Below are positions 1 to 10,400 of a DNA stretch of 64,000 bases, piece after piece (position 1 is the first letter of the stretch; every line of letters begins with the position of its first letter). This DNA is from Patescibacteria group bacterium. Its GTDB lineage: Bacteria; Patescibacteriota; Minisyncoccia; UBA6257; UBA9933. The position numbers and the translations under genes were made by a program. The notes beneath the pieces are model-generated. The model was not told where the DNA came from. It made no database searches and saw only the letters and a program-made list of their open reading frames with translations. Location: the NCBI GenBank assembly GCA_038057075.1, contig JBBUDV010000006.1:2216-66215 (forward strand). The letters are read 5' to 3'.

Positions 1-397
1 GATTTTGGCGGATGCCGAGTTCGGCTCCGATGCCGCCGAATTCGCCGCTGACTTCCTGGGCAAAACTTTTTGCCTCGGTTGGAGGCATAAAAACCGAATA
101 GGGGTCGCCTGTGGCGCCGAACATGCCGGAAATCGCGCCGTAAACGAGATTTTGATTGTCCAGTTTGTCCGCATCAACGTATTTTTCTTTTAATATATTC
201 CAGGCATCCCAAAATAATTTAAAATCAACGCTTTCTTCTTTGCCTTCTTTCAAATTGGCCAATCCTTTAACAATGGTGATTTTCGGATGTTCAATCCCCT
301 GTTTATATCCGATATAATAAAAGCCCCCGGAAATCGCCAGAATGACGATGAGAGTGATAAAGGAAGCAACGGCGCTGTTTTTAAAAAATTTTAACAT
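1..397 (-). CDS. S41 family C-terminal processing peptidase (CtpA-like), 5' part; runs off window
   Basis: Manual translation from ATG at 397: MLKFFKNSAVASFITLIVILAISGGFYY...VDFKLFWDAWNILKEKYVD...LVYGAISGMFGATGDPYSVFMPP...SGEFGGIGAELG, the typical S41A N-terminus. Confidence 0.85.
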   Translation of the reverse strand, partial: MLKFFKNSAVASFITLIVILAISGGFYYIGYKQGIEHPKITIVKGLANLKEGKEESVDFKLFWDAWNILKEKYVDADKLDNQNLVYGAISGMFGATGDPYSVFMPPTEAKSFAQEVSGEFGGIGAELGIRQN

Positions 398-413
398 CTC
401 AAAATTTTATCAG

Positions 414-1199
414 CTATCTAATTTCGTATTTTAATGTCACGTTGATTGTTATTTCTTGAGAGCCGGGTTCAATTGACGGCGAAACCGCTCCTGCTTTAAT
501 TTCAGCCGCGCCCAATCCGTACGCCCGATAAATTCCCTGCGGAGTAAAACCGCTTTCATCAATGGAAAGTAATTGTCCTACTTTAAATCCCGCCGAATCG
601 GCAATCTCTTCAGCTTTTTCTTTCGCCTGTTTTATTGCCTCGGTTCTTGCTTGGTTTTTTATCTTTTCCAGGTCATCCACCTGAAACGAAAGCTGGGAAA
701 CGTTATTGGCTCCTTTTTGGACTACGCCGGAAAGAATATCTCCAATTTTGGAAAAATCCCTGATTTTAACTTGAACTGACTGACTAATGGTATAACCGAC
801 TATATCTGGAGGCAAACATGGCGTAACACTGCTTTCCGGATGCGGACAATTGTAATACTGATATCGCGGTTCTAAATTGTAATTTTGTGTCTTAATGTCT
901 TTTTTATCCACGTTTTGCGATTTTAAAAATTCAATCATCGCGTTTATTTTTTCCGAATTTTCATTTTGTATCGCGCCAATGTTTTTGCCGCCCTGGGTTA
1001 TAAGCCCAAAACTGATTTGCGCCACATCCGGAATCGAAATCACCTTACCTTCTCCTGAAACCGAAAAACTTCTAAACGTCGAAGGCGCGATTGATTTTGA
1101 ATATGAGACGACGTAGGAAACGGAAGTATACGCGGCCGCCATAATTCCCAAAATTATGGCAACATTTAAGATATTTTTTATTTTTTCATTCATATTCAC
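414..1199 (-). CDS. SIMPL (DUF541) domain protein
   Basis: N-terminal TM, VSGEGKV..PDVA motif, ARTEAI..AKEKAE helix, IEPGSQEITINV C-terminus. Confidence 0.85.
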   Translation of the reverse strand: MNMNEKIKNILNVAIILGIMAAAYTSVSYVVSYSKSIAPSTFRSFSVSGEGKVISIPDVAQISFGLITQGGKNIGAIQNENSEKINAMIEFLKSQNVDKKDIKTQNYNLEPRYQYYNCPHPESSVTPCLPPDIVGYTISQSVQVKIRDFSKIGDILSGVVQKGANNVSQLSFQVDDLEKIKNQARTEAIKQAKEKAEEIADSAGFKVGQLLSIDESGFTPQGIYRAYGLGAAEIKAGAVSPSIEPGSQEITINVTLKYEIR

Positions 1200-1200
1200 A

Positions 1201-1743
1201 TTATATCACTTTTTTGGATTTTTTGCGAAGCAGCAAAAAAACAATGACAATCGCCGAATAATTTAAAATTATAAACCACGGCGCGCTCCAAGAAAATCCG
1301 TCAAATTCCCATTTTGAAATCGGCCATAAAAAGGGCGTGGGAAAAAATTTATAACTGTGGCTCGGAATGTCAATTAAAATATGGAACAGCCAGCCGCTTA
1401 TTTCCCAAATCGGTTTTTTTCGCCAAAACCAAATAACAAAGAAAATAATTAAAAAAATCGGAATGCTGTGGCTGAAATTGTAAAGAATATGCGTAAAAAG
1501 GAATATTGGGCTGGTATTATTGTTAATGGGCTGGTCGTTGGGAGGTCTGGGAAATAATCCTGACGGTGTTGGGTCGCCGGAGATAACCTTTAAAATTGCC
1601 CAAATAAATGGCACTGAAAACGAAAAAAGGTCGGGGAAAATTCCGTAAAAAGCGGTTAAGCCCACGCTGAGCGGCTTTTTAATTTTACGATTTGCCGTTT
1701 TCGCGGCGGCGTATGTCCAAAAAGCATGCGAAAAAATATCCAT
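1201..1743 (-). CDS. Membrane protein, putative metal-dependent hydrolase (YdjM-like)
   Basis: SH...PD...SHS...HILIDIPSH metal-ligand pattern in a hydrophobic protein. Confidence 0.6.
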   Translation of the reverse strand: MDIFSHAFWTYAAAKTANRKIKKPLSVGLTAFYGIFPDLFSFSVPFIWAILKVISGDPTPSGLFPRPPNDQPINNNTSPIFLFTHILYNFSHSIPIFLIIFFVIWFWRKKPIWEISGWLFHILIDIPSHSYKFFPTPFLWPISKWEFDGFSWSAPWFIILNYSAIVIVFLLLRKKSKKVI

Positions 1744-1839
1744 TTAATTTATTTTATCCATAAACCTTCAAAGCCGCAAGTAGATAATATTGAAATCAAC
1801 AGGTTTAATGTTATAATTTAATAAATAACCTGATTCGTT

Positions 1840-3084
1840 ATGGCTGATAAACTCCAAAAAATAAAAGTAGAAGAAGAACTTAAGCGCGGAGCAGAGGTCT
1901 CAATTATTAGTCTTGTTGATTCATTGATTGAAAACGGCTATCATAGCCGCGCTTCGGATATTCATATAGATCCCGAAGAAAAACGGGTAAGGGTAAGATT
2001 AAGAATAGACGGCATTTTAAATGATGCGTTTATTCTACCTAAAGACATTCAATCCGAGGTTATAACGAGAATTAAGGTGCTTTCCGGACTTAGAACCGAT
2101 GAGCATCAAGCGGCTCAAGACGGCCGTTTTAGAACCGAAATTGAAGGCGGCGGGCCTATTGATCTTCGTGTCTCCATAGCTCCCACTTATTACGGCGAAA
2201 ATGCGGTAATGCGCCTTCTTATGGAAAAAGAAGAAAAATTTACTTTGGAAACATTGGGATACAACGAAAGAGACAGAGGAATAATAATGAAAGCCATTAA
2301 AAATCCTTACGGGATGATTCTGGCAACCGGCCCCACCGGTTCCGGAAAAACAACCACGCTTTACACGATTCTGAAAATTTTAAACACCAAAGAGGTCTCA
2401 ATAATTACGATTGAAGACCCCATAGAATATTCCCTTGAAGGCATTGACCAGATTCAGGCTAATACCAGAACCGGACTGACTTTTGCCACGGGTTTGCGTT
2501 CCATTTTGCGGCAAGACCCCAATATAATTATGGTCGGAGAAATTAGAGACGAAGAAACCGCGAGAATAGCCGTGAATGCGGCTTTGACCGGACATCTTTT
2601 GCTTTCAACTCTGCATACGAACGACGCCCCCACTACCCTGCCTCGTTTACTTGATATGCAGATTGAACCGTTTTTGATTGCTTCCACGGTTAATATCGCC
2701 ATCGGACAACGTTTAGTAAGAAAAATTTGCGAGAATTGCAAAGTTAACAAAGCCATTTCCACGGATGAGTTAAAAACATTATCCGAGTCCGTATCAACTG
2801 AAATTCTTTCTAAATATGAAAAAATCACGAAAAGCAAAAATTTTTCCAAAGGAAGCGGCTGTGAAAAATGTAATGACACCGGTTATCAGGGAAGAATCGG
2901 AATTTATGAAGTTTTGGAAGTTGACGATGATATAAGAAAGGCGGTTATCAGAAAAGCGGATGCCGGCGAAATCAGGGATATCGCCATAAAAAATGGAATG
3001 ACTACAATGATAGGAGACGGATTTAAAAAGGCCTCGGAAGGAATAACAACCATTGAGGAAATATTAAGAGTTATACATGAATAA
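1840..3084 (+). CDS. pilB: Type IV pilus/T2SS assembly ATPase (PilB/GspE)
   Basis: ASDIHIDP, Walker A GPTGSGKTT, TIEDPIEY, LRQDPNIIMVGEIRD, two CxxC Zn motifs. Confidence 0.93.
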   Translation: MADKLQKIKVEEELKRGAEVSIISLVDSLIENGYHSRASDIHIDPEEKRVRVRLRIDGILNDAFILPKDIQSEVITRIKVLSGLRTDEHQAAQDGRFRTEIEGGGPIDLRVSIAPTYYGENAVMRLLMEKEEKFTLETLGYNERDRGIIMKAIKNPYGMILATGPTGSGKTTTLYTILKILNTKEVSIITIEDPIEYSLEGIDQIQANTRTGLTFATGLRSILRQDPNIIMVGEIRDEETARIAVNAALTGHLLLSTLHTNDAPTTLPRLLDMQIEPFLIASTVNIAIGQRLVRKICENCKVNKAISTDELKTLSESVSTEILSKYEKITKSKNFSKGSGCEKCNDTGYQGRIGIYEVLEVDDDIRKAVIRKADAGEIRDIAIKNGMTTMIGDGFKKASEGITTIEEILRVIHE

Positions 3085-3126
3085 ATAACCAACAACTAAT
3101 GACTAATAAAAATTGTAAGTTAATTT

Positions 3127-4188
3127 ATGACTAATTTATTTTTAAGAGTTTCCATTCAAGAAAAAATTCTTTTTGTAAAACATCTTGCCATGATGATTAA
3201 GGCCGGAATGTCTATCGTGGACAGTTTGAAAATGCTTAAGAAACAGGCGCGTTCAAAATCAATGGAAAAAATTTATGACCATCTTATTGCCGAAGTTTCA
3301 AACGGACAATTTTTATCAACTGCCTTGGAAAAGTTCAAAAATATTTTCGGCGACTTTGCCATAAACATCATACGAGTCGGAGAAGCCAGCGGAATTCTTT
3401 ATGAAAATTTGAATTATTTGGCGACGGAATTGACGAAAAAGAAAGAATTGCGCAAAAAGGTCGTTGGCGCCATGATTTATCCGATTATCATCATTATCGC
3501 GACTTTCGGCATCACCGGACTTTTAACCGTCTATATTTTTCCAAAAATTTTGCCGATATTTAAAAGTTTAAACGTAAAACTTCCGTTAAGCACCAAAATT
3601 CTCATTTCAGCCAGCGAATTTTTGATAAATTACGGAATTTACGCCATTTTTGGCGTCTTAGGATTGATTATTTTATTCTTTCTGTTTTTAAGAATCAGAT
3701 TAGTCCATTATTTTTTTGACAGATTGCTTTTGATGATTCCCCTTTTCGGCCAAATGTCTATAAATTACAATATGTCCAATTTTTGCCGCACGCTTGGATT
3801 GCTTCTGAAAAGCGACATTAAAGTTGTTGAGGCGGTTTCCATTACTGGAGACACTTTGAAAAATCTTGTTTACAAAAATGAACTGAAAAAAATCGCCGCG
3901 GACGTTACGAAAGGAGAAGAAATTTCCTTGCGGTTGGAGGAAAAGAAAAAATTATTTCCGCCTATGGTTTCGCAAATGGTGTCCATCGGAGAAAATACGG
4001 GCAATTTGAGCGAAACGTTGATTTATATTTCGGAATTTTATGAAAAAGAAGTTGATGATACCGCTAAAAATCTTTCAACTATTTTAGAGCCGCTGCTTAT
4101 GATTTTAATGGGATTAATCGTCGCTTTTATCTCGATTTCCATTATTACGCCAATTTATGAAGTCACTCAAGGACTTAATGTTAAATAA
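3127..4188 (+). CDS. pilC: Type IV pilus/T2SS platform protein (PilC/GspF)
   Basis: Two GspF domains (IRVGEASG, VSIGENTG), AMIYP, LEPLLMILMG. Confidence 0.92.
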   Translation: MTNLFLRVSIQEKILFVKHLAMMIKAGMSIVDSLKMLKKQARSKSMEKIYDHLIAEVSNGQFLSTALEKFKNIFGDFAINIIRVGEASGILYENLNYLATELTKKKELRKKVVGAMIYPIIIIIATFGITGLLTVYIFPKILPIFKSLNVKLPLSTKILISASEFLINYGIYAIFGVLGLIILFFLFLRIRLVHYFFDRLLLMIPLFGQMSINYNMSNFCRTLGLLLKSDIKVVEAVSITGDTLKNLVYKNELKKIAADVTKGEEISLRLEEKKKLFPPMVSQMVSIGENTGNLSETLIYISEFYEKEVDDTAKNLSTILEPLLMILMGLIVAFISISIITPIYEVTQGLNVK

Positions 4189-4624
4189 AAAACTTAGACA
4201 AAAGGGGCTGACACTGATAGAAATATTGATAACGACAACGATTATTGCGGTGATTTTCTCGCTTGGCCTTGTTTTTGGGATAGATTTTTACAGAAACTAC
4301 GCGTTTCATTCCGAAAGAGACGTAATAGTGAGTATTTTGGAAAAAGCCAGAAGTCGGGCCTTAAACAATATCAATCAGGAAGCGCATGGCGTTTATTTTT
4401 CAGGCGCGAATCACGTTATTTTTCAAGGGAATTCTTATGCCGCAAGAAATTCTTTATTTGATTTAATTATTCCAAAATCTTACTCGGCGATTTTAAGCGG
4501 ATTAAATGAAGTCGTTTTTAGCCAACTATCCGGAGAATCCAACGCGTCGGGAACGATTACTATCAGCGAAGACGGCCGGATTTCAGATATTTCAATAAAT
4601 AATGAAGGACGAATTAACTGGTAA
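4178..4624 (+). CDS. Minor pilin/pseudopilin (FimT/GspH-like)
   Basis: Class III signal KG|LTLIEILI; start placed at ATG 4178 overlapping the pilC end (ORF open from 4157). Confidence 0.8.
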   Translation: MLNKKLRQKGLTLIEILITTTIIAVIFSLGLVFGIDFYRNYAFHSERDVIVSILEKARSRALNNINQEAHGVYFSGANHVIFQGNSYAARNSLFDLIIPKSYSAILSGLNEVVFSQLSGESNASGTITISEDGRISDISINNEGRINW

Positions 4625-4625
4625 T

Positions 4626-4759
4626 CCCTCACCCTTCAAATACCGAAAACCCGAACATTTTACTTAAAAAACAAAGATTTAAAAATAAATGTTGATTTTA
4701 ATTTTGAAACGCAGAACTTGTAAAAGGTTTTATAAAATGCCGTATTTGAAGGGTGAGGG
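4626..4759. mobile_element. MITE-like element, TIR family B, copy 1
   Basis: 18-bp perfect TIRs CCCTCACCCTTCAAATAC / GTATTTGAAGGGTGAGGG around an AT-rich interior; same TIRs at 45772-45898. Confidence 0.75.
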
Positions 4760-6107
4760 AGGGCAAAGTATGGTGGAAATTTTGGTTGCTTTGACGATTT
4801 TCGTTTTAACCATCACGGCGGTTATTTTTCTTTCATCAGGAGGTCAATCGGTTTCAATTGATACCGAACTTAATAATCAAACAATTTACAAAGCCAAGGA
4901 GCAATTGGAAAACGCCCGGGCAACGGCAAAAAATAATTTTAGTTCTTTAGTTTCCGCTTCAAGCGCGGATAACGGATTTTTAAAAGAACTTATTGTGGAA
5001 AACCTCGGCGCTTATGAAAAAAAAGTTACAAGCAAAGTAAGTTGGCAAATAACGCCTTCGCGGACTCTTAAAACTGAACTTGCGACTATTATTTCCGATT
5101 GGAAAGGCGCAGTTGCGGTTGGCGGAGACACCGGCGGCGGCGGAATTTCCGGCGATTGGAAAAACCCCAGAACTTTAGGTTCTATTGATTTGGGTCCGGG
5201 AAATTCGGCAACCGGATTGGACGTTATTAATAAAATCGTCTATTTGTCAGCCGAGGCGTCTGACTCTAAAAAGCCGGATTTTTACATCGTTGATGCCACC
5301 GATGGAGAACATCCTTTTATTAAATCCAGTCTTAATACCGGCCCGGGCTTAAAAGCGTTGGACGTTGCCGGACAATACGCTTATCTGGCTAATAATAATG
5401 GAAACGCTCAATTACAAATTGTCAACGTAAGCGATCTTAATAATCCAATTTTGATTAAATCATATAAATTGCCGAATGTTTCTGGCGATGATGGAATCGC
5501 TCTAAGTATTTTTTACGTTGACTCAAAAATTTATCTTGGCATGAAAAAAATTGATGGTCCGGAATTTAATATTATTGATGTTTCTAATCCGAATAATCCA
5601 GTTTTGCTTGGCTCATATGAAATTAATGATAATGTTAATGATATTTATATAAACAGCAATCGCGCCTATCTGGCAACTGATTTAGGAAATGCAGGATTGA
5701 TTATTTTAGATGTTTCTAATTCGGCAAGCGTCAATCTTTTAGGACAAGCTTACTCTACGGATACTAATAGTGTTTTTAGTAATAATCCTTCGCTAACTTT
5801 TTTGAATCCGGGACAGGAATTTCGTATTGCCGACACCACCAATCCCAATTCAATTATTGATATAGGGTCAATCAATGTCGGCGATATAATCAATGATATA
5901 ACAAGCCGCGATTATTTGGCGTTTCTGGCAACTTCAAACAGCAACCGCAATTTCCAGATCGTTAATGTTTCTGATTCCGCTAATCCAACTTTATGGAGTT
6001 TTTTCAAGTTTCCTCAGGTGGCAACCGGCATAGATTTTGAAGATAATATCGTTTACGTTTCCATAAGAAGTAATGACGCGTTAAGAATCATAACGTCTTC
6101 TCTATAA
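4737..6107 (+). CDS. Large minor pilin with LVIVD-type beta-propeller repeats (possible tip adhesin)
   Basis: GG|QSMVEILVAL prepilin-like N-terminus; repeated YAYLA...LQIVNVS.P / IILDVSN units; start uncertain (ORF open from 4689). Confidence 0.75.
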   Translation: MPYLKGEGGQSMVEILVALTIFVLTITAVIFLSSGGQSVSIDTELNNQTIYKAKEQLENARATAKNNFSSLVSASSADNGFLKELIVENLGAYEKKVTSKVSWQITPSRTLKTELATIISDWKGAVAVGGDTGGGGISGDWKNPRTLGSIDLGPGNSATGLDVINKIVYLSAEASDSKKPDFYIVDATDGEHPFIKSSLNTGPGLKALDVAGQYAYLANNNGNAQLQIVNVSDLNNPILIKSYKLPNVSGDDGIALSIFYVDSKIYLGMKKIDGPEFNIIDVSNPNNPVLLGSYEINDNVNDIYINSNRAYLATDLGNAGLIILDVSNSASVNLLGQAYSTDTNSVFSNNPSLTFLNPGQEFRIADTTNPNSIIDIGSINVGDIINDITSRDYLAFLATSNSNRNFQIVNVSDSANPTLWSFFKFPQVATGIDFEDNIVYVSIRSNDALRIITSSL

Positions 6108-6108
6108 T

Positions 6109-6579
6109 ATGAAACAAAATAAAGGATTTACTCTAATAGAAACAATGATTTATTCAGCGTTAATTTCAATGATAATCGGCATGATTTTGGTATCCGTTTA
6201 CCAACTGATTATTGGAAACGAAAGAATAGCCCAAAAAAATATTATTGAAGAAGAAGCTAATTTTCTGCTCAAAAAAATTGAATGGGGATTAAACGGGGTT
6301 TCTTCAATAAACTCCCCCGCCTCGGGCGCGTCAAGCTCCGCGCTTTCAATAAATAAATTAAATTATTCTTATAACCCGGTTGTCTTTGACGCGGATTCGG
6401 GAAATTTGCGCGTAAAAAAAGGAAGCGGCGATCCGGCAATTTTAAACAGCCAAAATGTCTCCATAAACAATGTGGAATTTCAAAGGATTGCCGCAGTCGG
6501 CAACGCGCCTGAAGCCGTAAAAATAATCATTAACGTCAATCAAAGGCCGTATCAAACAACTATTTATTTAAAAAAATGA
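6109..6579 (+). CDS. Minor pilin (PilW/GspJ-like)
   Basis: KG|FTLIETMIY class III signal. Confidence 0.8.
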   Translation: MKQNKGFTLIETMIYSALISMIIGMILVSVYQLIIGNERIAQKNIIEEEANFLLKKIEWGLNGVSSINSPASGASSSALSINKLNYSYNPVVFDADSGNLRVKKGSGDPAILNSQNVSINNVEFQRIAAVGNAPEAVKIIINVNQRPYQTTIYLKK

Positions 6580-6956
6580 GAAACGGTTATCTGGCTTTAA
6601 CTTCAATAATAATAATTTCAATTTTGGTTTTAACCATCTCATTATCGCTTGAATTTTCCGGTTTTTTCGCCAGATTTAACATATTGGATTCGGAATATAA
6701 AGAAAGAAGTTTGGCTTTGACCGATGCTTGCGCTGACAAAGCGCTTTTAAAAATTGTCCAAAATGCTTCTTATCTGGGCAACGAGACAATAATAATCGGC
6801 GATAATTCATGTAATATCTTGCCGATAGAAACACTCGGCAACCAAAAAACAATTAAAACCTCCGCCGTTTATCAAAATGCCGCCTCTAACATCAAAGTAA
6901 TTATAAATATGACTGATTTTTCAATAATTTCATGGGAAGAATTGCCGGAATTCTAA
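6576..6956 (+). CDS. Minor pilin (PilX/GspK-like)
   Basis: NG|YLALTSIIII lacking Glu5 as in PilX; ATGA overlap with the previous gene; C-terminal SWEE. Confidence 0.7.
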   Translation: MRNGYLALTSIIIISILVLTISLSLEFSGFFARFNILDSEYKERSLALTDACADKALLKIVQNASYLGNETIIIGDNSCNILPIETLGNQKTIKTSAVYQNAASNIKVIINMTDFSIISWEELPEF

Positions 6957-7047
6957 TGTGCCCGGTGTGGATAACTTTAATTATTTCCCGGAAGTTTATG
7001 TTATAATTAAAAAAATTAAAAGGTCGAGGGAAACGAAAAAAGGTTTA

Positions 7048-7073
7048 CCCCGTTAGAAATTTTTAAAAACGGG
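7048..7073. repeat. Degenerate short copy of TIR family A
   Basis: TTTA-CCCCGTTAGAAAT followed by a decayed right arm (AAAAACGGG-TTAA) in the pilin 5' region. Confidence 0.5.
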
Positions 7074-7123
7074 TTAATCCTTGATTAAAATCTATCAGTT
7101 AAATCAGGAATTAAATAAAAATT

Positions 7124-7591
7124 ATGATTACTAAAATTTCTAAGCGGGGTTTTACATTAATTGAACTTTTGGTTGTTATCGGAATTATCGCGATTTTAGC
7201 CGCAGTTGTTATTGTCGCTTTAAACCCCGCAAGACAATTCGCGCAAGCCAGAAACACTCAAAGATGGAGTAATGTTAACACTGTTTTAAACGCAGTTGGA
7301 CAAAGAATGGCGGACAATAAAGGCGTTTTTGAAACCGCGTGCGCCGCAGGCGTCATTCCGACAGCTTCAACCACCATGGCAAACGGCGTTGGCAATTACG
7401 ACATAGCTCCTTGCATTATTCCGACTTATGTTTCAACGATGCCGTTTGACCCCAGAGCGACTGGCGCTCATTACACGAGCAACGCAGATTACAACGCCGG
7501 CTATAAAATACAAAGGGATGCGACAACAGGAAGAATAACAATCAGCGCTCCGGAAGCGGAACTTGAAGAACCTATCTCGGTAACCAGATAA
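7124..7591 (+). CDS. Major type IV pilin
   Basis: RG|FTLIELLVVIGIIAILAAVV, ARNTQR helix, two Cys, P.DP motif; own -10 upstream and terminator downstream. Confidence 0.88.
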   Translation: MITKISKRGFTLIELLVVIGIIAILAAVVIVALNPARQFAQARNTQRWSNVNTVLNAVGQRMADNKGVFETACAAGVIPTASTTMANGVGNYDIAPCIIPTYVSTMPFDPRATGAHYTSNADYNAGYKIQRDATTGRITISAPEAELEEPISVTR

Positions 7592-7626
7592 TAAAAAAAA
7601 GAAGCCCTTCAAGGGCTTCTTTTTTA
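7592..7626. terminator. Bidirectional intrinsic terminator
   Basis: A-tract GAAGCCCT-TCA-AGGGCTTC T-tract between convergent genes. Confidence 0.8.
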
Positions 7627-7643
7627 GCATTCTAATTATTAAT

Positions 7644-8411
7644 TCATGATTTCTGACTCATAATCGCCGCGCCAAGCGCCGGGCCCAATTCCCCTAACCT
7701 ACTTTTAATAATAAGTGTTTTTTTGGCAAGCGGCGGCGCTATATATTTTTTAGCGACAGATCTTACGGTTTTTAAATCAACTTTTCCGGTTAAAATTCCT
7801 CCGCCGCCCAAAATCACAATATCGGGATTTAAAACGTTTATCAAATTGGCAACTCCAATGCCGATAATTTTGCTCCGGTCGCCGTATTTTTGAAACGCTT
7901 TTTTGGCGGCTGATTCTTCAAAAGTTTTATTGCCGTCAATTATAATATGTCCAACTTCGCCGGCGCTGTTGCTACTTCCTGAATAAATTTCACCGTCTAT
8001 CATTATTCCTGAACCTATGCCCGTGCCAATAGTTATAGCCAAAACATTTTTTTTGTTTTTAGCCGCTCCCAGTGTTGCCTCAGCCCGTAAAAAACAACGG
8101 CAATCGTTATCTATTTTAACTTTAGAATGGAATTTAGCGAAAAATTTTTTAGCATTCCATTTGCCCATAAACGGAAATTTTGATGTTTTTCCTAAAAATC
8201 CATATTCCCCGACCACGCTGGCCAACCCAACGCCAACACCGCTAATTTTATTTTTTCCGACAAGTTTTACGATTTCCGTATCCAAAGTTTTCAAAAAAGC
8301 CGTCTTGCTTTTAGGCGTTAAAACAATAAATTTTGACAAGATTTTTTTTGAGACGGCATCAACCAAAACTCCCCTGATTTTAGTGCCGCCTATATCAAGA
8401 CCGATATACAT
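7644..8411 (-). CDS. ROK family sugar kinase
   Basis: IGLDIGGTKI, IDND, TIGTGIGSG, AGEVGH. Confidence 0.9.
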   Translation of the reverse strand: MYIGLDIGGTKIRGVLVDAVSKKILSKFIVLTPKSKTAFLKTLDTEIVKLVGKNKISGVGVGLASVVGEYGFLGKTSKFPFMGKWNAKKFFAKFHSKVKIDNDCRCFLRAEATLGAAKNKKNVLAITIGTGIGSGIMIDGEIYSGSSNSAGEVGHIIIDGNKTFEESAAKKAFQKYGDRSKIIGIGVANLINVLNPDIVILGGGGILTGKVDLKTVRSVAKKYIAPPLAKKTLIIKSRLGELGPALGAAIMSQKS

Positions 8412-8426
8412 AAATTTAACTTATAA

Positions 8427-9410
8427 CTAAAAAAGTTTTTTTGCTTCGTTCCAAAATTCAGGATGGTTTTGTTTAGTCTTCAGCCAATACCACCATTCAA
8501 CACCCCATAAATACGCCTCGGAAAAACCAACATCGCGCGCGTATTTAATATTATCATTAAATTGAACAAAATCCATTGATTTAAATTGGTCTTCAAGCGG
8601 AGTTTCATAAATCATTTTCGGACCCCAAGGTTCGGCTTGGAGTTCGGAAACGATTATCGGCTTTTGGGGATAAAACAATCTCACAATATTGGCTTTTAGC
8701 CAAAAAAATTTCGGCGGCAGCGGATATTTGAAATAACCCGTATATTTATTCCATACGATTTTATACATCGTGGTGCCGAAAACGTCGGCGCGCTTGGCGG
8801 CTCTGACCCAAACGCTCAATTCCCCGCTGTCGGTAATCATAATTTTATGGTTCGGGTCCAATTTCCTGACCAAACTGATTTCTTTATCTAAAAAATCAAC
8901 GTCTAATTTCGGGCACTCGCCAAAAACCAAAAACGGTTCGTTTTCAACCTGCCATAAATAAAGATTCGGAATGTTTTTATATTTTAAAACCGTTTTTTCA
9001 ATGTAGTTTAAAACGCGTTCGTCAACGGCTTTTTTGTCCAAACCATCCGTCCACTTCGGTTCGTTGCATTCGGGCCAGCGCGGAGATTTGCGTCCTATTG
9101 CCAAAATAAGTTTCACGTTTCTTTTGCCTGCTTCATTTATCATCCAATCGTAATCGTCAAAAACATTTTCATCTTCATTGGGCTGAATGTCTCGCCAATA
9201 AACCGGCAAACGCAAAGATTTCGGCTTTAATTCGTCCAGAATCGCCAGATATGCTTTTTTCCAATTCAGTCCCATATCAATGGCAAAAGGTTTTGAAAAA
9301 GCCACTCCCCATTCAATATCTTTTGTTATTTCCGACGGCTGTCGTGTTAAATAAACAAATCCGAAATACAAAACAGCGAACAAGATTATTAAAAATAAAA
9401 TTTTTTTCAT
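8427..9410 (-). CDS. Secreted clan GH-A glycoside hydrolase (GH42/GH5-like)
   Basis: Signal anchor; LRLPVYW, WQVENEP (acid/base), VSELQAEPW (nucleophile). Confidence 0.7.
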   Translation of the reverse strand: MKKILFLIILFAVLYFGFVYLTRQPSEITKDIEWGVAFSKPFAIDMGLNWKKAYLAILDELKPKSLRLPVYWRDIQPNEDENVFDDYDWMINEAGKRNVKLILAIGRKSPRWPECNEPKWTDGLDKKAVDERVLNYIEKTVLKYKNIPNLYLWQVENEPFLVFGECPKLDVDFLDKEISLVRKLDPNHKIMITDSGELSVWVRAAKRADVFGTTMYKIVWNKYTGYFKYPLPPKFFWLKANIVRLFYPQKPIIVSELQAEPWGPKMIYETPLEDQFKSMDFVQFNDNIKYARDVGFSEAYLWGVEWWYWLKTKQNHPEFWNEAKKLF

Positions 9411-10303
9411 AATTTAATGAATAAAACAACAAATCCCAAGCTTATCAATAAAATGGCGATAATTTTTTGGATTATTACCGGCGTTGATATTTTTTCTTCA
9501 AAAATAGCCGGATATTTTATTGAAAGCGCGGTGACAATTAAAAAAATAAAAGCGTATCGCGTTCCTTCCAGGGCGCTGACCAAAGCCACGCTTCCCAGAT
9601 AAATCGCGTAATTTACGAGAATAAAAGCGATGCCTCCGATAATTTTATTTATTATCACCAAAGCCCCCCATTTGAATTTAAGCCCTCGCGAAGTTTTAAA
9701 AATTAATTCGCGGTTTTTGAAAACAATAAGCAAAAATATCGCTCCTAAAAAGCTCCCCAATCGCTGCCAGATAAAACCGGAAATAAAAGGCTGATTTAAA
9801 AAAATGTATTTTGTCAAAATATAAAAAATGGCAAAAAGAAATGCGGCAAAAATTGATTTTTTAAAATGCCCAAATTTATAATTTTTATCGTTTTTTTCAG
9901 CGGAAATCAAAACGCCGCCGCATACCAATAATCCAAAAGCGATAAATTGAAACAAATTTAAATGCGCGCCGAGAATAAAATAACTTATTATTAAAACAAA
10001 AATCGGAGTAAAACCGCCTATAACCGGAATAATTCGCGATGTCTCCCCTTCTCTTAAAACGCTGTAAAAAACTATTAAAGCGGCAAGAAAAATAATTCCC
10101 GCTAAAATTGAAATTAAAAACTGGCTAAAACCGGGCCAGTTTAAACCGAAAGGCGCAAGAAATAAAACAAAAATGCTTAAAATCCCGCTGTAAAAACCGA
10201 GAACAATTGGATGTTGAATCGGTTTTTTTAAAATAAATTTATCTATTACCGAGCTAAAAGCATTTATAAAATAGGCAACGATTGAAATTAAAACCCAATT
10301 CAT
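9407..10303 (-). CDS. EamA/DMT family transporter
   Basis: About 10 TM helices in two DMT repeats. Confidence 0.8.
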   Translation of the reverse strand: MNWVLISIVAYFINAFSSVIDKFILKKPIQHPIVLGFYSGILSIFVLFLAPFGLNWPGFSQFLISILAGIIFLAALIVFYSVLREGETSRIIPVIGGFTPIFVLIISYFILGAHLNLFQFIAFGLLVCGGVLISAEKNDKNYKFGHFKKSIFAAFLFAIFYILTKYIFLNQPFISGFIWQRLGSFLGAIFLLIVFKNRELIFKTSRGLKFKWGALVIINKIIGGIAFILVNYAIYLGSVALVSALEGTRYAFIFLIVTALSIKYPAIFEEKISTPVIIQKIIAILLISLGFVVLFIKL

Positions 10304-10313
10304 AATTCAATTA

Positions 10314-10400
10314 CATTTGGCAGCGAGACCGCAAAAAAAACTTAGTTTTATTTGCGGCGAGCGAACCAAATGAAAAAAATGTTACGCTCCGTAACATTTA
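10314..10400. mobile_element. Double-hairpin TTA-flanked element, copy 1
   Basis: TTA|CATTTGGCAGCGAGACCGCAAA...TTTGCGGCGAGCGAACCAAATG-A7-TGTTACGCTCCGTAACATTTA|TTA; homologous to copies at 17315, 28820, 32026, 49112. Confidence 0.85.
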
